In this document: positions 50,677 to 64,000 of the stretch, piece after piece
Layout of the letters: every line of letters starts with the position of its first letter
Position numbering within the stretch: the first letter of the stretch is position 1
Source: Coniocarpon cinnabarinum
Taxonomy: Eukaryota
Reading direction: 5' to 3'
NCBI GenBank assembly: GCA_051942205.1
Contig: JAVECO010000081.1
Coordinates: 1-64,000, forward strand
DNA length: 64,000 nt
Position numbers and translations under genes: made by a program
The notes under the pieces: generated by a model
Told to the model about the DNA's origin: nothing
Databases searched by the model: none
The model's input: only the letters and a program-made list of their open reading frames with translations

Positions 50677-53630
50677 TCAGACAACCCGATAAAGCTTCCG
50701 CGCAGTAACGAAGCACACGACGCCAAACAACATCAGGAAAGCCGTGATGCCCCAGAACCACCAGAGGCTATCGACTTCTTGACCCGGCACCTGTAAATAG
50801 TGTTAGAGAGAGGTCTCGATAGTGGAGGAGATGCGGTGAAAAATGCAATGACATACCAGAACGTTCATGCCCCACATGCCGGTGATGATGTTCATTGGCA
50901 AGACGATCGTACCCAGGACCGTCAGCTTGCCGAGGACATCGTTTGTCTGCTCAGCACGCTCCGTCATCTTGATGTTGATCTGGGCCAGGTAATTGCTGTG
51001 TGCTCGAGACAGTATGCTTCAGACTGTCAGCTCCGGGTAACTTGCCACAAAGCGTGTGATTCGCGTCACTTACTTCTCGTAATGTGTAAGGTTACCTGTC
51101 ATCGTCACAATATGGTCCTGGATGTCGCCCAGATAAAGCCCAACATCACTCCTCGGCGCAACCTGCCACTGTTCGTTGCATCTCTTTGCCAGCCCTTTGA
51201 TCACGTCCGCCTTGTTGCCAAGCAGCCTGTACAGACCCATGACTTTCTTCCTGCACTCGCCGACTCGGAGCAGCATATCGCCATGATTGCTCTCTTTTTG
51301 CTCCAGCGGATGCTCTTCTTCCGCCGACTCAGCCAGTTTCTCATATACGTGATGGGCCCCGCCAGTCTTGAACGCATGCAAAAGCTTGGAACCTTTGCTG
51401 TGACGCTGATGATGGCGCTTGTTCCGCTCTGCTGAACTGTTGCCCACTGAAGCATCCGCAGGATCTGGACGCGAATGTAATTGGAGAATTTCGTCATCAA
51501 TATCGTCGACCTCCTTCTCGATTTGCTCAATGAGTGGAGCGTAAGCGTCAGTAATATTGTCGATGATGGCGTAGCTGATCCAGTCGGAGTCTGTATATTG
51601 GTGCTCGGCGAGCTGTCGAATGCGACGCCGAACATTGGGAGGGTGAGGCATCTGGTTGAAATGAAAGCTGATGACTCCGCCCTTGAAGACGACAAAGTAC
51701 ATGTTGACAGGCTCCAGGTGATCGTCACTTTGCTCATCCTGCTCGAAAGTTCGATAATTGACGAAGTAGTAGTTGCGGAAGAGTTCAACCTTTTCCCGTG
51801 CTTCTTGCTCCATGATGTCCTCAGCAGTCAGCTTGTGGATGCCGAACGCACGGCAAATTACACGCATTTCTTCAAACGTAGGACTCAGTATATCCAGCCA
51901 GAAGACCGGTCGAGGTCCGTATCGCTTGGGCCTCGAGGAAGTTGCAGGTGTGTTTGGTGATGTGACTCGTGGAGTCGGTGTTGCACTGCGACTGGCGGGT
52001 TGGACAGTGGAAGCAGTCGAGCCTTGACGGTCAGCACTCAAACTGGCAGAGTTGATGCGTGCGGACTCATTGATGGACGACTGGCGCGTGCTGGCGCGTG
52101 ATTGGCCATTGACTGGCGTTGCAGTTCGCTCTGGCTGTGCGGTGGATAAAGTAGCGTTGTCGTCGTCTCCTCCATCCTCAGAGGACGAGTCGTCCACAAT
52201 CTCGGGAGGATCTGGAATGAAGAGTTCTTGGAACGAAAGTCCGAGCTGCTCGAGACCAGATAGCGTGAAGCTCCGCAACGACGAATCAAGCTCCTCGTTG
52301 AAGTACGTGAAGCGGAAAGTGTCATCTTCATCAGGCTCCCTCTGCCAGCTGATCCGAGCTGGACGCAAGCGACCACCCACCAACTCGGGCTCGCTGACTT
52401 TCTTTGCCCTCACACCCTCCATAGTGCGCTCCTCTTTCTCCTCCAGCGCCCACTCTTCAAGGGCAGAGAGATCAGGCCAGGGTCGTTTGTGACTCCGCTT
52501 TGGCGCTCCTTCCGAGCCTTCTTGATGCAGGAGATCCTCTTCAGCAATGTCCGTCATCTGGTCAAAAGGTAGGCACACGTCTTCAACCGGGCTTCTCCCA
52601 GTCGGCATCCTTCGCCTATTCATAGGTGACATGTTGTAGTCATCCTCCGAGTCATCCACTTGGATGATGTGGTCTCGACTACTGCCGTGCTCGCCATGCT
52701 TCGTGAATTCAGGTAGCATTACCTCATCAAAGTCATCGTCAGGCCCAAGTCGAGGACTACCTGGTTGTGACGGAGGATTGTTTACGTCGTATTCATCTTG
52801 CAATGGTACCGAATGCTGAGATTGCTGCCTCGAAGGCATCTTCCGCCTTCGCTTTGCCGACACGGACGATGAAGCGGAGGTACGGCGATTGTTTGACATG
52901 TTTCTCAGCACGTTGGATGCGCTCGATGTGCCTCCGTACGCATTCTGTCTCCTAGCAGCATTTGGACTTTGTCTTCTTGCATCGCCCATGAGAGGTGTAC
53001 GGTCATCAGGATCGTTCTCGTCGTTTCCCTGTTGACCTCGTAAAGGGCTGTGTGGAAGATTGTTTGCAAAGTAGTGGTGCTGCTGTGGTCTCGGATGGGC
53101 TCTGGGCGTGCTATCAGAGTTGTATGCGTGCAACGCGTGTATTATGCTTTGTCGTCGAGGCCTTGTAGTGTGTTGATTCCTGCAAAGTTCTCTGTCAAGA
53201 GTTGTTCCTCGACTGGTGCATGTTCGTCTCGAGATGCTTACCTGTGATCCAACAAGGCTTCACTCTCCATGCTTTCGTGACTTGTCGACCTCCTAGTCGC
53301 ACCAAGTCTATCAAATTGCGACTCCGCGGTCGTCTCTTCCGGCACATCCAATAGACTCGGTCGATGAGCACCAGTATCTGGCACGTCGCCCTGGCTGTCT
53401 GGAGTAGCGAAGGACTGTCTTCGATTTTTCTTCTTCTTTCTATTCCTGTTTCCTCGATGTCGTGGCTTCGTCGTTGCCGAACTGCCTACCTCGCCGTTTG
53501 GTGGCGCTGCAGACTGATCCTCTGACGAGGGACGTAACTGCGCGTGGGCGTGGCTCAATGCCGCTGTGGCTGCAGAGGCAGTGGGAGGAGGCGGGCCATG
53601 GCGGCGCGCAGGTTGATGTCCGGGCGCCAT
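50677..53630 (-). CDS. CorA-family Mg2+ transporter (Mnr2/Alr1-like), 4 exons
   Basis: FWLDILSPT, FGIH.LTAEDI, EKVELF.NYYFV, DWISYAIID.ITD, LYLGDIQDH, GMWGMNV signature, two C-terminal TM helices. Confidence 0.93.
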
Positions 53631-54891
53631 ATCGCTTGGACAAGTCGAGTGAGGTCCGATTTTCGAAACCACTGGTCCAACTCGTGTAGCGTATCGTCAG
53701 AGCGTGCAGCAATCCAGGTCAAAGACTGGGTCGCAAGTGGTGATGCACTTCCAAGTTACGTGCACTCTTCCCAGCCGAGACTAGCGCATAACCGCCTATT
53801 CGAATCGTTTGGTCACTTCAGAGCGCACCTCTGCATACACATAAGAACACGACAGCAGGTGGAGTTGTGCGGAGAAAATGCACGATTGCGATGTACTGGC
53901 GCCAATGCTGCCCACTTGCTCGAACAGAGCTCTGACTTGGCCGAGAAAAAAATTGCCGACGGTCCAGGAACCCGGCCCTGCAGATGGGTGTCGCGTGCCC
54001 ACTTGCCAGCTTGGAATATATTCAAGAGTTTTGCAGTATACTGGAGACAACGCACTGTTATGCTGTAAAGCTCCAGTCACAATGCGTTCCGTATTTCAGT
54101 GTATGTGATGCGCTGTCTTACAGGCAATAAGCAAGTTGCTGTGACGTGAATACATACCAACTATGAACATCCTTCGTTGCTTCTGCTCTGCATTCTGTTG
54201 CGCAAAGAGCTGATAACTGATGAACAGCTTTGGCGTCGCAAATGCTTATTGATACAGGACTTGTACGAGAGTTTTTGAGTTCACGAGAAGATTGGGCGTT
54301 GTGGTGTCCTTTTTTGGAGCTCAAGCGTATACATGAGCTCAGAACTTGTTAGATTCAGCATGCGCAACACTGGCCACGATGAGGGTTTCAGAACATTTCA
54401 TGAAGCTTTGGCAGCGAGGTTTTATGAATGTCGTTTGCTAGGGCATGCGCGCGAATGACGAGATTTGCAAGCGTTGAATGTACACGAGTTTCAATACAAG
54501 CAGCAACTTGTGACACAAGGAGTGCGAAGACGGAAAGTTTTCGTTATCATGATTTCATGACATTGGCATTGCTCCCAATGCGTGGATGTATGTTACAAAG
54601 ATGCTGCATGGGTGAGAGATAACCACCACCGATAACGCGACTCGTGTCGTCTCGAGCCACTGTCATGGCAAGAGGCAGTCATGCAATGATGTTGCTCTAA
54701 GAGCGTGATGACTATTCAACAAAGTCGATGAACGACACAAGACACATTCCATCCCCAGAAGAGCCCCCATGCAGCTTAGATGGGATGTCGCGGGAGCAGA
54801 CCTTTCGAAACGCCATCACCATTCCCCAGCCTTCACGGCGTCCATTTCCGTTCCACCCATGAATGCATCAGTCGGAAGAAGTTGTCGGCAT

Positions 54892-55508
<617 letters not shown>

Positions 55509-56078
55509 TGCAAAGGTGTTTGATTGAAGATGTGATGGAGTGTTGTCGGAAGATGGATGGATGGATGTGATGATGAGTAAGAAGAAGTAGAAGGAAGCAG
55601 TAGAGAGGAAAGGGCAGGAAAGATAAATGGAGCGGGGGCGTGGAGTTGATCCTGAGAAAAAGAGGCCCGTGCGGAGGGCAGGTGAGGCAGTGATGAGATT
55701 TGCTCACCAAAGTCGGGGGATCGATTTGGCGGATAAAGGTTCTGGAAAGGAAACGCTTTTTCCTGGCAAAAGGGCGGGCGAGTTTGGTGAGGGCAAGTGC
55801 AACGCAGCAGGATCAGGCCAATCAGCGGCGAGGATCAGGACGAAGGGGCAGCCGCGCTTTGCCGCTTTCGTCGCCCACTCCCCAGGCAGCCCCGATTTGC
55901 CGGATCAACTCCACGCGCTCCTCGCTGGCTCAAATACTACGCCCCCGCTATCTCTTCTTCTTTTCTTCCTTCTGCACAAGACTTCTGTACTTACCTTGGT
56001 TGCTCATCTCGCGTCGACCATTTCCAAACTTCTCAACGCAACAACTTCCATCAACTTCATCACTAAACTCACTTCACC
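55509..56078. promoter_or_regulatory. Bidirectional H3-H4 promoter region
   Basis: Lies between the divergent start codons. Has a GGCCAATC (CCAAT box) near 55817, CGATTTGSCGGAT twice and several GGATCA motifs. Confidence 0.75.
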
Positions 56079-56460
<382 letters not shown>

Positions 56461-57391
56461 ACGACTCGCCCATCGACTTCTTTCTCGCCATCACTTCTCT
56501 CTCTTCCAAGCAATCCGCCATCGTCGAATCTTCTATCCGACATCCTTTACATCAGTTCATGGAATCACGAGTCACGGTTTATGCGGTTGCCACACCTGCG
56601 CGTTATGCAAAGCAAACAGATTACGCGTCGTCATGGTGTTGGGCCGCTGGTGTCTGGTCGGGTGGCAAGGAACCCAAGGGCCTTAAGGAGGTTGCTGCTG
56701 ATTGTGTATCGTAACTAGGCATCACGGAGTTCGTGTGGGGATGGGAGAGACAACGAAATGATACCATGCAGCCTCAACCGCATCAGCTGCTTTTAACTCG
56801 CTTCCGTTTGTGTTCACGCGTCTCTATCTTGACGATCCGTTGCATCCTTGCACAGTCTTACGCGTCTTGCATTGATCTCGTCTTGCTGGCGATCCCGTTC
56901 GTATCTGCTGTTGTGACAACACGTGCAGCAGACGTGTCAACAATGCCGCTCGATCCGAGGACGTTCTCGCTGTACGTCGCCCATCTGCAGGCATCCTGGA
57001 GAAGCACCATCATGCTCCTCGTTAGCCCCCGTCTTCATCTGTCTCCATCTCATGCGCTGTCATCCACAGCCTCCAACACCACCTCAAGAGCTATGCACTC
57101 CTGCCGCAGCCCCATCCATTCTTCTCATCCACTCAGTCCTCTATACCCACCCCCTCCAGCACCACCTTCGCCATCTTCTTTCCCTCCTCGTCTCCCGATC
57201 CCTCCATCTCAATCTCCTACATTGACATTTCCACGGATGTATAGGTATACTCCATGCAAGACGTGCGTGCCACAGCCTCAGCACACGCCTGACCCAGCGC
57301 TGCTCAGCCCCATCTCGCGTCCACATGCCTGCTCGGCGACCTTCCGCCACTCTCACCTGACTGTGACCAAGAGCTCCCCCGGAGCTCGCTT

Positions 57392-57462
57392 AGGCACTTT
57401 ACCTCGCCCAGGCACTTTACCTCGCCTAGGTAGGCACCTTGCCCTAGGCTCGCCCTAGGCTC
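57392..57462. repeat. Compound short tandem duplications
   Basis: AGGCACTTTACCTCGCC x2 (57392-57408, 57410-57426) and GCCCTAGGCTC x2 (57441-57462). Confidence 0.8.
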
Positions 57463-58668
57463 GCCTCCACCTCGCGGCTCCCACTTCCCTGGTACGCAGA
57501 CCAAACGCCCTGCATGCATGCGATGCGCAATGCGCGTGACGGCATGTGCTGTCCGCGCCCCGTGTTTGAGTTTGAAACAGGCGCCGGCACCTGAACGATG
57601 GGGAAGTTATTTTGGCGTGTGGCGTGTGATGGGGTGGATGCGCGCGCGTGTGGCCAACATGGATCGTGCTGTCGCCTGTGCTGTCACGCCTGTTTCCTTG
57701 CGGAGATGTATATGGGGACATAACACCTGGCAGGGTAATTTACTCCTCTTGGCCGGGTAGGCGAATTTCGACATCTGACGACGGCGGGGAGGGTGTTGTG
57801 CGCGTTCCCTTGGTACTGAACGACTCAAAATGAAATCATATGTGGACTAAATGCACTTGTACTGCTCATCCAAGTCTGGTGATCATGTCATTAGTATTGC
57901 GCTTTGTAGAGCCTCCAGAGTAATTTCGTCAATATCAAGCTTGGAAATGAGTGCGTGTGTGTAATTGCACATTTGCAAACATACCGTCAATGAGCCAAAC
58001 AAGAGTATGTGCCTCTCAATCACGAGCACGACGAAGTGGCCAAGCAAGGGCATATGATGCTCTACAATACTCATCCTTAGATGACAGTGAATGTAGAGGG
58101 AGGCGGTGTGATCCACGACGGTGAAGGTGCGTGAAAGCTCGTCACGTGACTTCGACCAAATGACCATCGTTCGTCGACACGCAGTAAACAATGTGACGGA
58201 AATCGAAAGAACGATCAGACGAATCAAAGCCTTAGACGATGGGAAGGACAGGAGTAGAAAGCATGCAGCAGATGAAGGGGTGGGCTCTGAAGGTGTCATA
58301 CCCCAAAGTGCTCTAGAAATCTATATACAAAGTAGACATCACGTCGCATCAAAAATGATTGTACATGAAGCTTCTTCGATTCTCTGTCTGCACTCGAATC
58401 CTGAACGACGAAACGAACGCAACACAAGGTTGCGAAAACAAAACATGCGGCACCGCCGCTGGTATCATGGTAAGCCAACATCAAGCGATCGACAGGCGAT
58501 GTACGTCTTGAGTCGCACATAGAAATGAAAACCTGTCTCCGTACGCAGTCCCTGAACTCCTCGCTCCAAAAAGGCGTGGTCGCATCAGTAAGTCGTTTAT
58601 GTATTCATACATGGTGGTGAAATGTAGTGCGAGCCGCTTTCAAGGGCCTCTAAATTGGATCGGTTGTT

Positions 58669-59979
58669 TCACGCCTCTTCCTTCCTGGGCATTGGCGTCT
58701 GGTTCCGGCTTCGTTCATCGGGATGCCCAGATCGAGAGCTGCGGCTTTGGTCACTGACCGGACTGTTTTCATCATGCTGGTTCCTTCTTCGCTCCTGGCG
58801 TATCGGATCATAGTTGCTCGTGCGACTGTGTGGTCGATGCTGCTGTTGTGAATGCGGATGAAAGTGGCCACTACGACTCTTCGCTGAAGCCGTGGACGCG
58901 ACCGAAAAAGCAGGCGACATGTTGGGTGGATTGCTTGCAGGTGGCGGGGCTCGCTCATGCTGGAGAGTGTTCTTTCGTTTCCTCGGGGGACTCGTTTGGT
59001 CCTGCGTTTGCGAGTTTTTAGGTGATGTTTTATTGCCGTCCTTCGTGGCACCAGGTTGTGGTGGCTGCCAATGATGGAAGAATATAGACGGCGAAGGAGA
59101 GGGTTGATCTTGCTGATGATAGCTAGATGGAGCAGCAGTAGCTGGTTCATTGGTCGTCAACCTTGGCAGACTTCCCTGAACGTTGGAGCGTGGTGCTGCA
59201 CTGTGCGGACCGTATTGCGCAGGTGCACCGTACATTGAACGATTTTTAGACCTTGGCGACTGGTAAGCTGGCGACGGGTAGACGCTTTGATGTTGCGATT
59301 GAGAAGGTAAGACCTGGCCAGCCGCAGCTTGTCCACCAGTGGCAGCCAGTGGAGCTTGAACGGGCACATACTGAAGAGACGACATTCGACCTTCCTGCCT
59401 GGCCTCTGGCGACGCGTGTACAGGCGCTAATTGTTGCTGCGCCGAAGACGTGGCGGACTGCTGCTGGCCTTGCGCAAGTTGTTGATGGGCCAGCTCGAGC
59501 GTCTGACTTGCTAACGGACTGCCCCCAATCCAGGCAAACATGGCTGGGATAAGAGACGGAGGAACCGAACTTTGATACGCGTCACGAAGCATGCGCTCCT
59601 CGACACGTCTCTGTTCTAGCTTGAGTTCCTCTTGCTTGCGTTTGTCTTCCTCAGACTTGGCAACCAGCCACTCCCGCATTGCGTCTTCAGGTACCTGAGA
59701 TTGTGACGGAGGCGGTGGGAGATGAGCGGTATATTCTCTGGGACCACCAGGACCGCCAGTGCCCGGCCTGATTGGATCAGGCAACGTCATGGCCGCCGGC
59801 GGTGGCAGCCCACGATGGTGACCGCTCATCTCGAGTGAGGAGTGAGGAGCAGAGGTGGACTGCTCGACGGGTGGCTGACTGCCGTATCGCGTTCGAGACG
59901 TCGACCGTCTTCGAAGAAAGTCATGGGGATGCCTAAAGTCCGGCTTCAAGTCTGCTGGCGGGGAGATTACTGTGAGCAT
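58669..59979 (-). CDS. Uncharacterised Pro/Gln/Ser-rich protein with a short helical core
   Basis: 436-aa intronless ORF; HRGLPPPAAMTLPDP, WL.AKSEEDKRKQEE...LEQRR.E..MLR...VPP..IPAMF, IFFHHWQPP; basic NLS-like PPRKRK. Confidence 0.8.
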   Translation of the reverse strand: MLTVISPPADLKPDFRHPHDFLRRRSTSRTRYGSQPPVEQSTSAPHSSLEMSGHHRGLPPPAAMTLPDPIRPGTGGPGGPREYTAHLPPPPSQSQVPEDAMREWLVAKSEEDKRKQEELKLEQRRVEERMLRDAYQSSVPPSLIPAMFAWIGGSPLASQTLELAHQQLAQGQQQSATSSAQQQLAPVHASPEARQEGRMSSLQYVPVQAPLAATGGQAAAGQVLPSQSQHQSVYPSPAYQSPRSKNRSMYGAPAQYGPHSAAPRSNVQGSLPRLTTNEPATAAPSSYHQQDQPSPSPSIFFHHWQPPQPGATKDGNKTSPKNSQTQDQTSPPRKRKNTLQHERAPPPASNPPNMSPAFSVASTASAKSRSGHFHPHSQQQHRPHSRTSNYDPIRQERRRNQHDENSPVSDQSRSSRSGHPDERSRNQTPMPRKEEA

Positions 59980-60893
59980 TTTGGCTTCGGCTGGGAGCAG
60001 GGATATTTTTCCATATAATTGGTGTCTAATTTAGTAGAAAGAAATGAAGGGTGCGCAAATGTGGGTTGAGGCATGGTTATGATATCTTGTTGACGGAGAG
60101 CGGGCGAAGACAAAGGACGATGTGGGATGTACCAAACATACCGAAAGATACAGCTGCGGGCAAGGTTGTCGGTTGGGTGGCATTGGCTATGTTTTAAAAA
60201 GGGAAGAGCAGCAGCAGAAACAGGACACTCAGGGCAGCGGCTTCTCGCCGAAGACTGACATTGGGGAGGTCAAAAACGGTGGCAGAAGCTAGAGCAGAGG
60301 CCCGGACAGGACGCGCTGGGATGGGGATGTGATTCGCGTGCCTCGAGGTGAGCTGATGACGAGTTGGGAAATTTGAGGTGTTGGAGAGGTGTTGGCTACT
60401 CAGTCGAGTCCGTCATGCCTGAAGATCGACCGAGCAAGAACATGGGGCATTCTTTGACAGGCCTAAAACGGGCGGGCGCTGACTCGTGGAATCGATTGGG
60501 AGACGCGACGTGCTAGCGCGCAGGGAGCTGAGCGATGGCGCCAGGTGACGGGCCAGGTGTGACTAGCCTGCAGACAAAGGGCGACGGGCGGCGACTAGAG
60601 CAAGGCGAGGATGATGCAGAGGCCGTCGCGGGTTGGGGGCGCAAATTGGCTGCAATCTGGATTCTGGAGATTTGGTCAAGTAAGGAAGGAGCAGCCGTTT
60701 GCAGCAACTGAGTTAGATGGCTACAGGGCACAGGGCAAAACAGTCGCGGACGGTGGAGCACGCACAGGCGGCATGCGGGTCGTTCGCTATTGCGACTTGG
60801 CTCCATGTAACGGGACGAGGGCGCCTATGCGCGGAGAAGCAGGTGGTAGTCGAGCTGGCGTGGCTGGCCTCGCCGTGACGGCCGGCACCTGTC

Positions 60894-60895
<2 letters not shown>

Positions 60896-60924
<29 letters not shown>
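60896..60924. repeat. (GCGACG)n hexanucleotide microsatellite
   Basis: About 5 tandem units read directly. Confidence 0.8.
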
Positions 60925-61380
60925 AGTGGCTGTTTCCAGAAGAGACAAAGATGCGCAGCGGATGACAACGGTGGGCAGCAGCAGGCCAGAGGAGAGCAGC
61001 GGACGCCGGAGGGCAGGGCGTGGCGAGGTACAATGTCGATCGAATCACGATCCTGGCCCATGGGTAGAGGGACACAGGGAATGCGCGTATGCAGGCTCCG
61101 AGATGTCAAAGGAAGGCCGAGCAAATTAGAAAGGAGATGCGGTAGGTGGCTGCGGCGGCGAGGGCGACTAGCGGCCACACTTGCTTTGACAGGCTGACGA
61201 CGCTGTGGCGGTTGTCCCCATCGACTCAATCGAGCAAGAGTCTGCCTGCTGCACCGGGCGAGTGGGTGACTGGGCCAGCGCCATTGGGGACGGCGAGCGT
61301 CGAGGGCGTCGTGTGCAACCCGGCTGCCAAACCTAATCGATACGCGCAGAGATGTGCTCTAGGGCGTGCCTGTCAGCGGC

Positions 61381-61420
61381 GCACGCTGGCACGTTGGCAC
61401 GTTGGCACGTTGGCACGCTG
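61381..61420. repeat. Five tandem GCACG(C/T)TG octamers
   Basis: gcacgctg gcacgttg gcacgttg gcacgttg gcacgctg. Confidence 0.85.
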
Positions 61421-63432
61421 GTCATGAGCTTGAGGAGCGCCAGCCACCATGACAGAATCGGGCAGCGCGCCGTTCATGCCGCTGATCCTTTCCGGCGCAC
61501 CTATCTCTGACATGTTTCGTCCTTGTCCTTGGCCCGACGTCCGCTGAGCGCCGTGAGCGTCCCTGACGACCGCTGCGTCGTCCTCAAGGGTGCTTCTCCG
61601 ACACTGCTGAGCTCATCCTGGTCCGCTGCAGATCGAAGACGCATATCATCACCTGCTGCTCGATCTGCCCGCTCTGGCATCTCGTCGGCCCCACGAGGCC
61701 TGAACAGGCAAGCATGCTTCTCCGCCATCGCCCATTTCGACTTTGCAAGATTGCCCCCATTACTCGCATGGTCATCTCAGCTGTTGAACTAAGGATCCCG
61801 TTCAGCTCCCAGAGCGTCTCGATCGACAGATTCGGACATTGCAATCTCATTTCGAGATATCAATGCAGCCACGTTGCGGTTTCAGGTCACCCGAAATGGG
61901 CGGCGCGGATTGCACTTCTGAAAGGCCCCCTGTCTGTCGGTTGCGTTCAAAGACACGGACCTTGAGTTTGAGTAGAGAATGACGGTGTGTGCTGCCACAC
62001 GACCTGCTCCTGTCATACTGACTACGCCGGGGAACACGGGCCCGACTTGGACTGACGCCCTGCTGATGTCTACTCGTTTCACACCAGCCTGATCCAGATA
62101 GTCGAGCAACCCCGCTTAAGACCCGGGAGCGGCCTCTCAGAAATAACGATGCTTGTTGATCCCTGCAGCAACCCGTTTTCGACTGTCGTGCGTGGACTCG
62201 AGCCGAACGCCCATCTTCACCGCCCCATGATTCTCACGGCTCTTGTAACTTGGTGTGGGCATCTCACATCATTTGGAGAGAAAAGGCTCGACTTGCAAAG
62301 AACAAAAATACTGATTCGGAGCTTCAGTTTGATCTCGTGAAGCTGATGTTGCAGCAGCAAAGGCCCTTTGCATAATCACACGGCTTCCTGCGCTTCCGAC
62401 ACCAAGTTTCGCTGACGCTTTCCATTGACACTATGGCCCTGACTGCAAGCAGGTTCATTCTCGACTTTTGTGCCAAAATCAAAGTGACGCAAATCACCGA
62501 ATCAGCGCGGGCATTGCCGAGCCTTTGGAAAGCGGGCTCTCACAAGTGACATGGAGGTTATGACTGCAGGTGGTCAAACAGGTAAGTGCAGTGTAGGATG
62601 CCTTGCGAGGCGGGTCTTGTTGTTTGGGGGTGCATAGATTTATCTGTTGGACATGTTGCTCCAATAGGTGGGCGCAAGCCCTGCAGCTTCAAGTGCGCAC
62701 TTTTCTGAATAGATGGCCTCGCTTGGTTGCATTATCTTGTGTCCAGCGTGGCCATCGTGGCGAGAAGCTGTTTCCAAATCACGGCGGGAGCCTTGACCCT
62801 CGTCGAAGGTCTGTTCCCAACATTTGACATGAGATGCAGCGTGCAGCATGCTGTGTAGCCTAGTGTCATGGCTAAGTGGACAGAGGTTGTTGAAGCACTT
62901 GTTTGGCCTCCTTTCTCGGTAGCAAACGCAAGTATACCTTGACGAGTTCTTCCAGGCACAGACTTGCAAGTCTGCCCTCAATCCCTTCGACTGGAGAAAT
63001 GCTGTGTGAGAGCAAACGATGGAGCAAGCAACGTCCCAGGTAGGAAGACGGCATAGACTGAAGACGGCCGATGCATGAAGATTGGTTGATTAAGCGACGC
63101 AGAGATTTCATTGAATCTTTGTACTTCCTGGCCTCCCTCATGTGAGCTACGAGCCAAAGTGATCTTGATAGCACTGAAAGCCCGTCTGCCCAGCTGCAAA
63201 CTCTCAGCAAATGGCGAACAGCTCTTGATTCGACCCTGACCACACGGAATTTTTCGTGCTTCCTGGAACACGTCGTGGCCTGTTTCGCGTTCCTCTTACC
63301 TCCACCTACTTTAGGGTTTGTCACGTGATCTTTCAGTATAGGGTTATCTGAGCCTTCCGGACGTCGCTTGAATGCAAGCATCAAAGGAGCGCGGGCCGAC
63401 AAGGTCGTCGCGCATCCATGATGAGCAACCCG

Positions 63433-64000
63433 TCAAATGGCCCATCTGTAGCTTGCGTAACGACCTGCTGTCTCACTTCTTCTGACAATCTTCACCACTT
63501 GTCCGCGTCTTAAACCATAATACTTTGCCACTGGGTCCGTCACCAATATTCTAGGTAGTTGCGTCTCTTTGACCCGATAACGCTCCAGTAGCGCCTTCTT
63601 CTCCACAGGCGATAGCAGCTGATGCTTCGGGACAAGTTCATGATGAGTAATGTTGACTAGTAGGTCTTGCTCATAGAAAATTTCAATGATTTTTGGTAGC
63701 ACTGTTGGAATCAACTTTTGGCTGCTTTGTGTCACTGTCGCTGCCGTGACAAGCACGCCAGTGTGATATTCACGCTCGTTGACCTCGTGCACGAATTTTC
63801 GGAAATCACCAATGCCTACTGTCTTGTCCCCTTCGAATCGAAAATATATCATGCCAATGTCCGGTTGAGGGTCTGGGTTTTTCTCAGTTGGTAATGGGGT
63901 GTATTTGCGCATCATTTCTTCGCTTGGGCGGGCGGAAAAGGACATGCTGTTGCGGTTGGGAGAGCCATCTTGGTTTGCGTGGAGCGTCCGAAACGCGTCC
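63433..64000 (-). CDS. RPB5: RNA polymerases I/II/III shared subunit RPB5 (5' part outside the window)
   Basis: DLLVNITHHELVPKH.LLS..EK..LL.RYR.KE.QLPRI...DPVAKYYGL.RGQVVKIVR.SETAGRYASYR. Confidence 0.97.
   Translation of the reverse strand, partial: DAFRTLHANQDGSPNRNSMSFSARPSEEMMRKYTPLPTEKNPDPQPDIGMIYFRFEGDKTVGIGDFRKFVHEVNEREYHTGVLVTAATVTQSSQKLIPTVLPKIIEIFYEQDLLVNITHHELVPKHQLLSPVEKKALLERYRVKETQLPRILVTDPVAKYYGLRRGQVVKIVRRSETAGRYASYRWAI

Noticed and set aside
56733..57458. 241-aa plus-strand ORF after H4
   Set aside because: GTG start; low-complexity S/P/H product explained by a C-rich tract and tandem repeats.

Overview
This is eukaryotic DNA from a filamentous ascomycete (Pezizomycotina). 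The Ala28 histone H3 and the gene repertoire weakly suggest Eurotiomycetes, which is inference only. Genes carry GT-AG introns with CTRAC branch sites, so the ORF track shows only fragments; I spliced the gene models by eye. Bases ~160-4690 are an AT-rich, RIP-destroyed transposon relic with LTR-like termini, next to 159 bp of unmutated LTR-like sequence. From ~5.6 to 24 kb the genes look mostly accessory: a PTH11-like pseudogene, HSL-family esterase, ACT/DUF2241 protein, RPL42, GPI-anchored GH128, DUF3405 protein, arylsulfotransferase-like protein and an intact PTH11-like membrane protein. From 25 to 64 kb they are mostly housekeeping genes: FLC/TRP channel, DHX29-like helicase, TM9SF/EMP70, NCS1, MED4, hymA/Mo25, Gbp2/Hrb1-like RRM protein, DUF3445 protein, EXO5, CorA Mg transporter, a divergent H3-H4 pair, an uncharacterised Pro/Gln-rich protein and partial RPB5. 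Three observations stand out. (1) The H3 at the canonical H3-H4 locus has a non-canonical tail (Q19S, L20I and a Val inserted between K27 and K36). (2) Every CpG I could find surviving in the RIP island is in R-CG-Y context. (3) A strong-context, out-of-frame upstream ORF overlaps the GH128 start. I found no clear multi-gene novel system. All family assignments come from recalled motifs, not database searches.
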